DNA of 64,000 nucleotides from Amoebidium appalachense (GCA_963693365.1 CAVNZM010000012.1:6646889-6710888); one strand, 5' to 3'; numbered from the stretch's first letter, positions 27,457 through 42,607 are shown. Made by a program: numbers and translations. The notes: generated by a model from the sequence alone, not told the origin.

Positions 27457-30400
27457 TTAATCTACACCATAAGCTTGATACCTACGGAGACACCTATGAT
27501 AATAAATTAAATTCCTACGACTACGTTCACACTCCTCCTCGGTCTCCTCCCCCCCCTCCCCCTCCCCCCGTGTGTCTACGTGTATTTGCATCACTCCCCC
27601 CCCCCGGTCCCCTCCCCCCACCGACTTTTTCACACCACGATTAAACTGAGGAATAACTCTCTTTGGCCTAGAGGGAGCACTAGGCAACTCCCTCTGCACT
27701 AATCTAGCCTCATAAGCACGAATAGAAAACGGGCAATCCAAATGAAACTCAGGCAACCACTGATCTTCCTGATAACCTCCCTCAAAACGAATTAAATAAT
27801 AATTTACCTTACCTTCCTTACCTTCGATAACCTTTTTATCCATAATTTTATCTACTGCAGCCTCCGATACATCCACCGACCCGTCATAGTCGGGGGTGAA
27901 TGCATCTAACACTCGACGGCCCTCCGGCCGTTTAACCCTAAGGGCCCTATCATAATACTCCTTTATATCATCTACATTATAAAATCTAACATCACTCTCA
28001 TTATCTAACCTCTGCACCTTATATTCCGTCGGACCTAACCTAGCCACTATTTTATACGGGCCAATGAAAAGAGGCAACCATTTCTTACCATACTTACGAA
28101 GACCTTCACCTTCACCCTTACCTTCCTGCTCCTGCTTATATCTCTTTTTCCTAGTATGATCCCTAATTAAAACTAAAGTACCCTCGGCAAATTCACGTAA
28201 CGGACGTGTGGACACGTCTGCACGTGTCTGTGCCTGCTGTGTACGGGCCAGAGCTGCATCACGTGCAGCCCGGGCCCGGGTTAGTAGCTGCTCCCGGAAC
28301 TCAGTCCAGTGGGGATAGGTTAGTCGGTCAGCCCCCCCCATCGGCAAAAGTGCCGTATCCAACAGACTAATAGCCTCCTGCCCATAGACCAAATAAAACG
28401 GAGAAAAACCAGTCACAGCATGAGGGGTAGAATTATATGAATGAGCAATAAACCTAGACATATGATCCCAATCATTAGCCTCCACATCCACCATTTTGCC
28501 AAAGGACTTCTGAAACACTGCATGCACACGTTCAGAGATGGCATTTGCTTGAGGGTGATATGCAGACGTAGTGATATGAGCTACCCTTAAAATTTTACAC
28601 ACCTCCGACACCGACTGATTTAAAAACACACGACTCCTATCCGTTAACAAAACACGAGGACAACCAAACCTCAGACAAATTTCATCCACAAAAATACGAG
28701 CAAACAAAACGGCATTAGCAGTGGGGAGAGGAAAAACTTCAACCCAACGAGTGGCCACATCGGTGACGGTAACAAGAACAGTGTTACCCTCAACCGTAGA
28801 ATTAAAAGGACCGACCACATCCACTGCTACCCGTTCAAACATACGAACATTAAAATCCCTAATAAACGACGGGCGGGAACGAGAGTGGGGACTCTCATTC
28901 CTTTCCTGACAATGCATGCATGACAACACATAATCCCTCACCTCCCTACTCATACCCGGCCAAAAATACGAACGATTAACACGAAGCAACGTCCTATTTA
29001 CACCTAAATGACCAGCCATGGGATGCTCATGCACCATATGCAAAACCTCAGGCACAAGTGCCGTCGGGACCCAAACTCGGTGTCCGTCTGGCCCAGAACA
29101 ATGATAAACTAAATCCTGCTCTACCTGACACATTTTTGCTAACTTAGCTACCTTAATCATCTGCCTTTTATTTTTAAATTTAATCGAATCAACCGGCCCC
29201 TTTAAATAATTCTTAACCAGACCAATCAACACATCTTCCTCCTGAGCCAAGATCAAAGCCGTAGGTGCTAAGGCAGGGGCCGAGCCATGAGACTCGGTCC
29301 CGACCTCAGACACTGACAAATACCTCCCCCCCCCTCCCCTACACTTATAAGCAAGCAACCCCGGAGCCCAAGAAGAAACATCAACAGACACAGCATCTAT
29401 TCCTTTCTGCTCACTCTCCCCCCCCCTTCCCCCCCCCTCCCCCCCCCGTCTCTCACTAGCCCCCCCTCCCCCTCCTTCTCTTCTTCAAACAAAATATAAG
29501 CAGCACGAGAGAGAGCATCACAGTCAACCATTGTTTCACCCTTGGCATAAAACAATTTATAGGAGAACTCACCGAGAGCCGCGGCCCACTTCTGCATCCT
29601 CTCGTTGACCAGACGAGTGGTGCCGGCCATGGCTAGGCAGGGCTTGTGGTCGGTGTAGACCTCAAACGTCCTGCCTGCGAGTATGTACCTCCATGCCTGT
29701 GAGACTGCCCAAAAGATATCATGGGACTCTCTCTCGGGATTGCTATATCTACGTTCACTTTTACTAAATGAACGACTAGCATAAGCAATCACTCTATCCT
29801 GCCCCTCCTGCACTTGATATAACACGGCCCCCTCAGCAACCTTACTTGCATCACACCGAACTTTAAACATCCCCCCCCCGGCCGAAAAATCAGGATGAAC
29901 AAGCATACTCGAAGACTGCAAAGCTAACTTAAGCTTTTCGAAAGCAGAAACAGCATCAACATTCCAATCTATTCTATTCTTCTTCTCCCCCCCCGTCTGA
30001 CTAGTTAACGGCAAAGCAAGCATACTATAATCCTTAATATAACGACGAAGATAATTAGTTAAACCTAAAAATTGCCTTAGTTGAGTGACAGTCTGAGGAC
30101 GGGGCCACTCAACTATGGCCCGGATTTTCTCCGGATCAGGGGCAAGACCATTACTAGACACAATATGACCTAAAAACTTAACCTCCGGCACACCAATCAC
30201 AGTCTTGCTACCGCTAATGCGAAGACCAGACTCACCCAAAGCTAAAAATACTTTTTCACAATTATTAACTAGCTCCTCAAATGACCTACCTTTAATTAAA
30301 ACATCATCCAAATAAGGGTGGCATACATCCAAATGAGGGTGGAGAATTTTATACATTACCCGGCACAACATAGCTGGAGAGGAGAGCAAACCCATCGGCA

Positions 30401-31482
30401 CCACCTTGTACTGGAACAGCTGGTCACCCAGTGCAAAGGCAGTCTTCTCCTTGCTGCTCTCCTCCAACCTTATCTGCCAAAAAGCTGCTTTTAAATCAAG
30501 TTTAGCAAAGTGAGTATAGCCGTGCAGCTGTGAAAGCTGCTCGTCTATGTTAGGGAGAGGCCATTGGTCTGCCTTAGTGATCCGATTCAGAGCCCTGTAA
30601 TCGTTCACTAGACGCCAAGACCCGTCGGGCTTCTTAACCAATAGCACCGGACTTCTCCACGGACTCGAACTATGCTCCACATGACCCTTTTTTAACATAT
30701 CACTCACTATTATTAGCGCATCCGACAATTTATACTGCTCCATTCTATAGCTAGGCATCACTACCGGCCTATTATCACCTGTGTCGATCTGCATTTCAAA
30801 CCCTTTAACGAAGCCTACTTCGTTATCATCGGCCAGAAATGCAAACCGAGTCCTATCAAATAACTTAGCTAGCAATTTTTTTCTGTTCTACCGTCCAATC
30901 CCCCTCCTTCATACCAAACGGCAATACTAACTCCGGGTTACCCCCATCACAAGTGGATGCATCCTTATTCACCGGAGTGCCACTTAACATTTCACCTCCT
31001 GTATTACATCGGTGCTGCTCGGGGTGAGGTTGAGGTACCTCCGGATATAGGCGGTCACCCTTAGCACCCCCCCCCCCCCCCGGCACACCAATGCCCCGGG
31101 GCAATTCCTGATGAGTTAGTGCATGTATGTGGGGGGCCAGGTCTGTGGCCACCCTGCCCCCCACGGTGTTGGTTAACCCGTCAGATCCACGGGTTAGACC
31201 AACACCCTCCCCCCCTGCCTGCACATTCTCACACCCGGGGTGACCCTCCTTCCTCTTGGGGGTCGGGGGAGTGGGACCGGTGCTGTCCCGGTCCCCCCCC
31301 CCATCGTGTCGGGTGACATTTTGGTGGCTAACGTTAAATAAAGTTGTTCCCCCTCCTCCTGAGTCACCCTTCGAGCCGGCATCCTCCTTTTGGGTAATAA
31401 GAGAGACCTCTATACTACCAATCTCATAGTGACACCGGCCTGACCTAATCACTATAGGCTCGATGCCCGGATCACTAATCAT
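27457..31482 (-). pseudogene. pol: Gypsy pol copy 1: RT, RNase H, integrase, chromodomain (frameshifted)
   Basis: SPWRSPVLLVKKPDGSWRLVNDYR, YLDD, CDAS..GAVL, YTDHKP, HHCC (HEHPMAGHLG..CMHC), DDE core, GPY, chromodomain VDKIMDK....YYLIRFEG....DQWLPE..L. Confidence 0.93.
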
Positions 31483-34128
31483 TCAGTCTTATCCGGCCAA
31501 CCCTACTAAGGGTCCAGGGCCACCCCGAAATGGGGCGGAGTAACCCCTAATCCCCACCAACATGAGCCGGCCCGGACACGACCGCACGAGCCACACTCAG
31601 CACCGCAGCACCAGAGAACCCGCCCATCATGGGACGGGACCACAAACCGACCAACAAAGCACAGCGGAGGGGCCCCAAACAGACAATCCAACCACAAACA
31701 AGCAACATGCAAGCCGGCCACCACCACACGAACACACAACACCTCCACAGACAACTACAATAGCACACCTAAGGCTGGAGAAGCACAAAAAGGACCCCCG
31801 GCCGACGACGAAACGAAGCTGCACACCCGAGCCCCCCCGAGCAGCCAGCCCCACCACACCCACCCCCCCCAGCCCCCCCCCCCCCCCAGCCCCCCCCCCC
31901 CCCCCCCCCCGCCCCCCCCCCCCCCCCAACACCACCCCGAGAGCCCCCCCACCCCCGCCCGAGGACCCGACGAGCCCGGCCCCACACGACGGGGGGCGGG
32001 GGGAGGCCCCCCCCAGGCCCCGCCCCCCCCCAGGCGCAAAGGGCCGGGGCCCGCGGGGCCCCGCCCCCCCCCCCCCCCCCCCCGCCCCCACCACCCCCCC
32101 CCCCCCCCGCCCACCCCACGAGAAGGGACCCACCCCCCCCCCCCCGCCCGACCGCCGGTCCCCCCGCGCCCGCCCGGCCCCCCGCAGACGCCAGAGCCCA
32201 CAGAGGGCTCACCCCTCCCCCCTCTTCCACTCTCCTCCTCTACCCATCACCTCCGACCCCCCCCCCAGACCCCGCCCCGCGGGCAGACGTGCCGAGGTGG
32301 ACACCCCAGGGCCCCCCCCCCCCCCCCCCCCCTTTTTTTTTTTTTTTTGGGGGGGGGGCCCCCTCTCCCCCCCCTCTCGGCGGAGAGGCAAGACATCAGC
32401 AAACTTCCCGGCGGTATTGCCAATATTGTGAGGCTATTATCTATTGCCAATATCGTAAAAATACCAGATTAATACTGAAGTAATATCAATTATCCATTGC
32501 CAATGTATTGCGAGTAGAGATTTTCTGTGGTAGAGACGCTATAGAAGTGTAATAGAACTGTAATATTGACGTAATATCGGCAACATATTTTGATATTATT
32601 GTCATACCATGCCGGGTCTACCACCAATAACTATATACCGTATGAGTAATGTACTGGCAATATCTCAAAACGCGTGTACGTGTGCCTATTAACAATACAA
32701 TTTCGATATTGTCAATGTATTTATTCGGTATTATACTATTGCTTGCGGAGTATTGTCAATAAGTTATGAATATATAAAATGTAGGATAATTTTGTGTCAA
32801 ATTATGGTATTGTCCAACGTGGCAAGACTATTGCCAATATATTATGAATGTATTATTCCTGACCATTTTGGGTTATTGGCAATATACCCAACACATATGT
32901 CCCATATGGCCGATACAAACATAACGTCGCTATTGGTTATAGGGTTGTGATATGCTTATAATAGGGTCTCAATACGGTCCAAATGTATTGCCAATGTATC
33001 CGTCACAATATCAAGACTATTATGCACCTATTATCAATAGGTAAAAGCAACCGAAAATATGGGGCGTGTATTTTATTGCCAATATATTGGTACAATATTG
33101 GGGATGAAAGAACAGGTCACTTTACCTATGTAGTTGCAATATTGTGAATGTATTGCCAACACATGTTCAACAAACATGTTCGGAGTGTAGTCCTTGTATG
33201 CGCAGTACATTGCTAATACCGTGGTATTAGGGTGGACATATACTGACATTATGTAGATCATATCCTACCCATATCACATCCATATTAGTAGGACATAAAC
33301 ATGATATAGCAAGAAAACTTTTATCCTATTGCGAATATCTAAGGCACAAGTGGTATTGGCAATGTCACGAATACATCTATAATACTGTCACCAATACGGA
33401 CACAGCTAAGGACACCATATATTGGTTATAGTCTCAGTATATACTGCCAGTATGTTCGAATGCGAACAAATCATTACGTAGGAGGTACTATCAATATACT
33501 ACCAGTACCTGTACGATATACACACGTCATATACAATACATTTGCAGTATAATATGGGTGCATTTCCGTACCAAGATTGAGAAGGGCAACGGCCATAACA
33601 AGTGGTCCTCACGTTTTTAGCACCTCAAAATATAAAAGTTCTTTGTTTTGAATACTGTTCCTGGGGAAGATGTTCCCGTGGTCCGTGGTACAAACGTCAC
33701 CGAACGTCCTACCATTAAACCTTTCACCAGCCTACATCCTGTGTAAGCGGTAGGGTATAAAACTTGAAGTAGCATAAAGGATAATACAGGAAAGTAATGA
33801 CAACCCCCCCCCCCCCCTCTCCGCCCCGCCCCCCCCCCCCCCCCCCCCCCAACCCAACCCAACCCTAAAAAAAATATAAAAAAAACCTGGAGGAATAGAG
33901 TAAAAATTCTGAAATGCAAATCTAAGAGAACTCGCAGTCCCTACACACGTCCCCGAGACGCATCAAAGTTTACAGCATCCCCCCCCTCCTCCCCCTCCAT
34001 TTTGTTTTAGTCCTATGTCTTTATGCCCCCTTGTTACTTGCAATACTTTTCTTTCTTCGAAACATCCCTCACTCCCCTCACCCCCTTCCCCCCCAAACCC
34101 ATCACCACGGACGCTGCCAGTGTAACCA

Positions 34129-34259
<131 letters not shown>

Positions 34260-34478
34260 CCACCCACCCATGCATACACGCACACACACAAACTTCCCCT
34301 TCTTCCTCTCAACTCTCTACCCTCTTTTACGTTTCACTGTGTGTTTCCTCTCTCGTTCTAGCACCAGTTTTGCTAACCGTTACAAACTTCACCTACTCTT
34401 GTTCAAGCCTCGACTGGTTGCTGAAATCACCTCCTTTCCTTGTCCTTTTATGACCCCCCCCCACCCCTCCTCTCCCCT

Positions 34479-34509
<31 letters not shown>

Positions 34510-34798
34510 CTTCCCGACTGAAGCCTTAGTCTGTACTGAATAATCTCTGTCTTGTGACCCACCCTCTCGTCCTTCACCCTCCCCCCCCCCCCCCCCCCCC
34601 CCCCCTTCTTCCTGCCCGGTTCCCCCCATACCTGTTCGCCTCGATTACTTGCAGTATTTCTTCTTATCCCTCCCCGATAACTATTAATTTTTTTCCCTCT
34701 TCTCCCATTGATCCTGTTTTGGTCCTGTGTCCCTCTATTCCAATGTCCTTTGCGATGCTTTGCTTCTTTGGCTGCCACCCTCGAATGCACACATCATC

Positions 34799-34834
<36 letters not shown>

Positions 34835-35015
34835 TTCCCTCTCGTTCCAGCGCCGGTTTTACCCATTATGGACTTAACCTGCTTTTGCTCAAGCCTCCAC
34901 ATGTCTGAAATTCTACCCCTTTCTCTCGTACTCTTTACCCCCACCCCCCCCCCCCCCCCCCCCCTCTTGTCCTCCTACTACCCCTCTCCCCCCAAAAAAA
35001 CACACACGCACACAG

Positions 35016-35051
<36 letters not shown>

Positions 35052-35192
35052 AACACACACAGCATTCGACACCGTCCAATCTTGTTCTCACCAAGGCATC
35101 CACATGCTCGCACACAATGCAAAAACATGCACTCCAAAAACATGCACTCACACACACGCACGCACATGCACACCGGGACACACACACACACC

Positions 35193-35264
<72 letters not shown>

Positions 35265-35493
35265 ACACACACACGACGTACACAGACATGCTCACACACA
35301 CAAACACACAACACACACACACACACATACAGAGAGACACACACACATATGCACACACACGGTGCATTTCCTCCCCTCCCCTTCCCTCTCCACAGAGCAC
35401 ACACACACACACACGTGCACACATGCACACACACGGTGCATCCCCCCCCCCCCCCCTTCCCTCTCAACTGAGCACATACACACACACATACAT

Positions 35494-35544
<51 letters not shown>

Positions 35545-35687
35545 CACACATGCACACATGCACGGACACGAATCCCCCCCTTGCCCTTCCCTCTCCACCG
35601 AGCACATGCACACATGCACAGACATGCACATACACACACACACCACACACGACGCACACAGACATGCACACACAGACAAACACACAA

Positions 35688-35747
<60 letters not shown>

Positions 35748-36219
35748 CACACACACGGTGCATTTCCCCCCTCCCCTTCCCTCTCCACAGAGCACACACA
35801 CACACACGTGCACACATGCACACACACGGTGCATCCCCCCTCTCCCCCCCTTCCCTTTCAACTGAGCACATAAACACACACAGACATACACACACACACA
35901 ACATACACAGACATCCACACATCAGACACAGACACGCATACACACACACACACACACACACATGCACATATGCACACACAGACACACACACATGCACATG
36001 TACACTCACACATGCACACACGCACACACGCAAACACGCACATCACACACACACATACAGATATGCACACACACACACAGTCTCTCTCTCTTTCTCTCCC
36101 TCCCTCCCTCCCTCCCTCCCCCCTCCCTCCCTCCCTCCCAACCATCCCTCCCTCCCTCCCTCCGTCCCTCCCTCCCTCCCTCCCTCCCTCCCTCCCTCCC
36201 TCCCTCCCTCCCTCCCTCC

Positions 36220-36262
<43 letters not shown>

Positions 36263-37169
36263 ACACACATGCACATGCACATGCACATGCACATGCACAC
36301 TCACATATGCACTCACACACACACGCAAACACACACACACACACACACACACATACAGACATGCACACTCTCTCTCTTTCTCTCTTTCTCTCCCTCCCTC
36401 CCCCCTCCCTCCCCCCCTCCCTCCCTCCCTCCCTCCCAACCCTCCCTCCCTCCCTCCCTCACACATACACACATACACACACACGTACACACGTACACAC
36501 GTACACATATAACCCTCTCTTCTCTTATGTAGTATCGTAGGAACGCTTGACAAAGGTACTACACGGGTGTTGGTTGGATGATGACAGTACATGTACCAGT
36601 GGGATAGATGCTGTTTACTCCAGGCAATGTACCAGTGTGTCGATTGATTTAGCTAATATTAGATCTATGTTTAGCTGTGTGTTGTTTTTTCTCCTTTTTG
36701 TATTTAAGGCCTGGCCGGCCTCATAAAATGCTATCTAATCTTACTCGAGATCGAGCTTTTTTGGCCTTGAAGGCCGATCTTAATAAAGTACTGTGAATGT
36801 GTCCCCTGATGAGGGACTCTAGTCGATATATCTGCAAAACGACCCCCCCCCCCCCCCCCCCCCCCCCCCCTCTTAAACACACACACACACACACGCACAC
36901 ACACACACACAAACACAAAAACAAACAAAAAAGAAAGAAAAAAAGAGCGAGAGAATCCTTGTTTCTCGTATGTTACCAGCACGTAAGCAAGTATTTTATT
37001 CATTCACAATACATTGTTAGGTATGTGTAGTATATTATGGTGTTATTATTTTTTGGTTTACAATATGGTGTCCACATTCCCAATATATCGTTATTGTCGA
37101 CCAACTACTATGGTAGTGTAATGCTATGATGACAATTTGTGCATGCGTTACTTATAAGCATCGGGTTTT

Positions 37170-37652
37170 TTCACTAACTACCCACAGAGTAGCTTCTAGC
37201 ACGATAAATTCACCACAAATTATAAGGGGAGATGGTGAATGTGCCCTTGGAGTACGAGGGCCACACGAAAAAAACACAACGTTGTAGCTCGAATAGAACC
37301 CCCCTTGTAGCATAGTATATGTACATGTGTTACTTACACATTATTGGTTTTTTCAATAACTACCCACAGAACAGCTTCTAGCACGAGACATTTACCACAC
37401 AGTTTATGGGGGGGATGGTGAATGTGCCCCTGGAGTACGAGGGTCACACGAAAAAAACACAACGTTGTAGCTCGAATAGAACCCCCCTTGTAGCATAATA
37501 TATGTACATGTGTTACTTACACATTATTGGTTTTTTCAATAACTACCCACAGAACAGCCTCTCGCACGAGAAATTTACCACAAAGTTTATGGGGGGATAG
37601 TGAATGTGCCCCTGGAGTACGAGGGTCACACGAAAAAAACACAACGTTGTAG
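37170..37652. repeat. 183-bp satellite, left part (about 2.5 units)
   Basis: GTGAATGTGCCC recurs at about 37235, 37418 and 37600. Confidence 0.9.
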
Positions 37653-39590
37653 CGGTTTTATTTGTGGAAATTATTGACATAAATATTTTTCTGTAAACAC
37701 GTAGATTTTCGATACCAACATAACCATTAGCTTCATTTCGTTTTTAGCAGTTAGCGGTTGGCTGCCCGCACACGGGCACCTATTAGCCAGTCAAAACATC
37801 AGATACCACAGATCACTAGACCGAGTTATGATTGGCTCGGATCAGATTTCACATATCACTAGATCGATTTTTGATTGTTCAGATCGGTAGGCTTAGGTAT
37901 ATAAGCACGACAGTTTTTAGCAGATCAGCAAGCTACAAACACATCTTCTGTGTTTAGCATCCACAGCCTTACAGCTATATATTCCTTTTCACTCCTTTTC
38001 ATTCTCCCTATCTTTCCCTACGCCGGTCAGCATGCCGCCGAAAAAGCGCCAGGCCTCAGCCGCCGCCCCTGCCGCGGCACCTAAGCGCCTGACCCGCAGC
38101 GACCTCCGCCACAGGCTGACCAACGCTCCCGCGGACACTGACGCGCCTCCAGCGGCCCATACCACCACGGACCCGGACCCGCCGGCTACTCTCCCCCTCC
38201 ACCCCTGAAGTCCCCCCTCAGGCCCCGCCGTCCCCGCAGATGACTTCTCAAGACGCCGTCCTGGCCGCCCTCACCGCCATCAGCACCCAGATGGCTGGCG
38301 TCCTGGCTGCTCTCACCAACCGCGACCCTCCCGCGCCCCCCGCCGCGCCCTCCACACCCGGGGAGGTTTCCCCGGGGCTGCATCTCGGCCCTGACCTTGA
38401 CCTGCCTGCCCTGCCCGCGCCCCCCATCACAGGTGAGAACACTGGCGACATTCAGCCGGGCACACTCCCGCTTCCCCCGCGGATGTGCTGGCAGATTTGC
38501 GCGCCAATCGTTTCGTCGACCTGTATAAGTTCACCCCCGCCGCCCTCCTGGCCCCATCCAAGAAAGGTCAGCATCTGCGCATGGCCGACGACGGCAGCAT
38601 CGAGACTTTTCGCCAAGACAAACCCGTTCCCCTGCGTTCACTCGTCATTTGGATCCAAGCTTGGACCCATTACATGGCCGCCAAGCACCACCTCGGCCTT
38701 CCCACGGACAAAGACGTACTTTGGACTCAGCACATCACTCGCCTCAGCACCCGATACCCGTGGGCCCAGATCCACAACTATGACGTATACGCCCGCACCG
38801 TGGCCCACCAGCAGGGTCGGGCTCCGATCGAGTGCCCCAACCTGCTCGCCCAACTCCACCAGGATCTCCTCCTGCCACCCACCCTGCTCATCCAGGACGC
38901 ATGTCAGCGCTGTGGCTTCCCCCGACCACCCCAGCGCGGCCTGCCCCATGTACCCCAAGCCCGGCTGTGGTCTTGACGGCTTTAAGCCGCCCCACAAGCC
39001 CGGCGGGGGTCACACCCCTAACCGCCCTGGCCCGCAACCCGGCCCGGCCAAACCGGCCCGACCCGTGGATCTACCCGCGACGCACTGCAGGAATTTCCAC
39101 ATTAACGGTCGGTCCTGCGCTAAGCAGCCCTGCCCCTTCTCCCACGTGTGCCCGCTCTGCTCTGGCACACACCCCCGCAAAGACTGCAAGCACAATGCCT
39201 AGTCTACGCGCACACCCACACACACAGCTAGAACATAGGGGTTCGGAGCTAGGACACACGAGTACAGGGAAACGGAGCTCGGGAGAACGGGCCAATAGGG
39301 CTGAGTACAAAATTTCGCAGGCCAACTACGGCGCCCGCGCGCGTCAAGAATAAATGTCCCTATACAAAGACGTTTATTCTGGCCACTGCACATAATTTTA
39401 CTCCCCCCCCCCCATCCCACGAGCCTCCCCCCCTTACACTCACCTAGCACTCCCTCCCCCCCTTCTTCTACCGCTGTGTCCGCCCACACCCCCGCGTGCT
39501 CGGGCACATTCCCCTGCACAGGGCCCCGCTGCCCTCCCTGCCAACCCTCACTTGGGCCAAGCTGCCCTACTCTAACCCCCCGGGGCCCTG

Positions 39591-39627
<37 letters not shown>

Positions 39628-40050
39628 CTGCCGGGATCTCCCCAAGGGTACACCACCCTTGCTAACCACCCCTTCCCCCGAGGCTCAGACCCGGAGGCCC
39701 GCCCGCTGCCCCAGCACCACATTGACACCTCCCGCCTCCGGGAACTGCTGGCCCCTACCCGGACCAACCATTCGCCGCACAACTCCTCCACGATGTCGAG
39801 GCGCGACCGGCATCGCGGCCCCTCCACCTCCGGGTGGGCCCCAACCTACCCACCACCCCGGAGGCAGCTGCCGCACACGGGGAAGCCAAGAAGCGCCCCG
39901 GCCACCGCGCGGCCCCCCCCCCGGCCCAACTTGCGACCCGCCACCGCCCCCCCACGCGCCGACCAGAAGGGACCCCCCAGACCGCACCACCGCGCACCAC
40001 CACCAACATGACGAGGCGGCGGAGGAGGTGCTCGAGCGACGGAGACACCA
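37648..40050 (+). mobile_element. DIRS/Ngaro-like tyrosine-recombinase retrotransposon, 5' part
   Basis: Begins at the satellite TGTAGC. Has ATTGG and TATATAA promoter motifs, a gag-like ORF1, and the start of an RT ORF (PLPQHHIDTSRLRELL). The rest is degenerate; no recombinase is visible. Confidence 0.72.
38032..39202 (+). pseudogene. gag: DIRS/Ngaro gag-like ORF1 (frameshifted)
   Basis: MPPKKRQ start, LRANRFVDLYKF, WIQAWTHY, YPWAQIHNYDVYAR, CCHC knuckle CQRCGFPDHPSAAC (across a frameshift), terminal CRNFHINGRSCAKQPCPFSHVCPLCSGTHPRKDC zinc finger. Confidence 0.8.
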
Positions 40051-40206
40051 CTGAAATGAGCGCAGAGCATGGGAGGGACCTAAGTGGTGACACAGCGCGG
40101 GCCACAAACAGAGTGGCGGGGGGTGACCCCACAGAAGGGGGACAGGGGGGCGAAGAACCCCAGAATAAACACCCACAGAACAGCGGAGAACAAGTGGGGG
40201 GAAGGA

Positions 40207-42140
40207 GTGCCCTGGAGTACGAGGGTCAATAGAACCCCCCTTGTAGCATAATATATGTATATGTGTTACCTAGACATTATTGGTTTTTTCAATAACTACC
40301 CACAGAACAGCTTCTAGCACGAGAAATTTACCACACAGTTTATGGGGGGGATGGTGAATGTGCCCCTGGAGTACGAGGGTCACACAAAAAAAACACAACG
40401 TTGTAGCTCGAATAGAACCCCCCTTGTAGCTGATAATATATGTACATGTGTTACTTACACATTATTGGTTTTTTCGATAACTACCCACAGAACAGCTTCT
40501 AGCACGAGACATTTACCACACAGTTTATGGGGGGGATGGTGAATGTGCCCTTGGAGTACGAGGGTCACACGAAAAAAACACAACGTTGTAGCTCGTATAG
40601 AACCCCCCTTGTAGCATAGTATATGTCCATGTGTTACCTAGACATTTTTGGGTTTTTCAATAACTACCCACAGAACAGCCTCTAGCACGAGAAATATACC
40701 AAAACGTTTATGGGGGGGGATGGTGAATGTGCCCCTGGAGTACGAGGGGCACACGAAAAAACCACAACGTTGTAGCTCGTATCGAACCCCCCTTGTAGCA
40801 TAGTATATGTACATGTGTTACCTAGACATTATTGGTTTTTTCAATAACTACCCACAGAACAGCTTCTAGCACGAGACATTTACCACACAGTTTATGGGGG
40901 GGATGGTGAATGTGCCCCTAGAGTACGAGGGTCACACAAAAAAAACACAACGTTGTAGCTCGAATAGAACCCCCCCTGTAGCATAATATATGCACATGTG
41001 TTACTTACACATTATTGGTTTTTTCGATAACTACCCACAGAACAGCTTCTAGCACGAGACATTTACCACACAGTTTATGGGGGGGATGGTGAATGTGCCC
41101 CTGGAGTACGAGGGTCACACGAAAAAAACACAACGTTGTAGCTCGTATAGAACCCCCCTTGTAGCATAGTATATGTACATATGTTACCTAGACATTATTG
41201 GTTTTTCAATAACTACCCACAGAACAGCCTCTAGCACGAGAGATTTACCAAAAAGTTTATGGGGGGGGATGGTGAATGTGCCCCTGGAGTACGAGGGTCA
41301 CACGAAAAAAACACAACGTTGTAGCTCGTATAGAAACCCCCTTGTAGCATAGTATATGTACATAGTATGTTACCTAGACATTATTCGTTTTTTCAATAAC
41401 TACCCACAGAACAGCTTCTAGCACGAGAAATTTACCACAAAGTTTATGGGGGGGATGGATAATGTGCCCCTGGAGTACGAGGGTCACACGAAAAAAACAC
41501 AACATTGTAGCTCGACTAGAACCCCCTTGTAGCATAGTATATGTCCATGTGTTACCTAGACATTATTGGTTTTTTCAATAACTACCCACAGAACAGCTTC
41601 TAGCACGAGACATTTACCACAAAGTTTATGGGGGGGATGGTGAATGTACCCCTGGAGTACAAGGGTCACACGAAAAAAACACAACGTTGTAGCTCGTATA
41701 GAACCCCCCTTGTAGCATAGTATATGTACATACGTTACCTAGACATTATTGGTTTTTCAATAACTACCCACAGAACAGCCTCTAGCACGAGAGATTTGCC
41801 ACAAAGTTTATGGGGGGGATGGTGAATGTGCCCCTGGAGTACGAGGGTCACACAAAAAAAACACAACATTGTAGCTCGAATAGAACCCCCCTTGTAGCAT
41901 AGCATATGTACATGTGTTACCTAGACATTATTCGTTTTTTCAATAACTACCCACAGAACAGCTTCTAGCACGAGAACTTTACCACAAAGTTTATGGGGGG
42001 GATGGTGAATGTGCCCCTGGAGTACGAGGGTCACACGAAAAAAACACAACGTTGTAGCTCGTATAGAACCCCCTTTGTAGCATAGTATATGTACATAGTA
42101 TGTTACCTAGACATTATTGGTTTTTTCAATAACTACCCAC
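40207..42140. repeat. 183-bp satellite, right part (about 10.5 units)
   Basis: Unit marker at about 40355, 40539, 40723, 40906, 41089, 41272, 41458, 41640, 41822 and 42005; no unique spacers. Confidence 0.95.
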
Positions 42141-42254
42141 ATGCGGCATGTGTTACTTTCACGTTATTGGTTTCCTAGCACGGGATATTCAGCACACAGT
42201 TGGGGATGTGGGGGCAGTGTACACCTCAATATTGGTAAGGTGGTGGTGGGTGGG

Positions 42255-42301
<47 letters not shown>

Positions 42302-42607
42302 CCACACAACCGAAACTGTCGGTGTTACAAGTGGTTCGGTCTTAGGAAGTTAGAACGGTGATTTTTTTAATTAATAGCGGGAAACAATATTATCCCCATT
42401 GCATATGGGGGGAACGAGGAGGGGGGAGGGGGGGGGGGGGGGGGGGGGGTTTCACAACGAATTCTATCGACTGTGCATAATTAATGTATATTGCACATGT
42501 AGCCTGAAAGATTAAAGTGAATGTGTGTATGTATATGTGCGAGTATATTTGTGTATGCAATACATGTACAATGTTTTCGTCTTTGTAGGTGGGTGGGTGG
42601 GGTGGGT

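Larger units (their letters stand above)
26601..32393 (-). mobile_element. Ty3/gypsy chromovirus copy 1 (5' part deleted or garbled)
   Basis: LTR, PPT and pol. Sequence beyond about 31430 is a degenerate version of copy 2 and ends in the LTR fragment GAGGCAAGA. Confidence 0.88.

Noticed and set aside
31430-32393. Pro/Gly-rich ORFs such as 31562-32431
   Set aside because: C-rich degenerate version of the gypsy protease region and LTR; probably poor consensus or a collapsed join.
39590-40230. ORFs downstream of the DIRS gag
   Set aside because: The sequence degrades into garbled RT and satellite text; likely low-quality assembly, so the missing RT and recombinase cannot be interpreted.
40207-42140. 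Regular array as a possible CRISPR
   Set aside because: Whole 183-bp units repeat with no unique spacers and no cas genes nearby.
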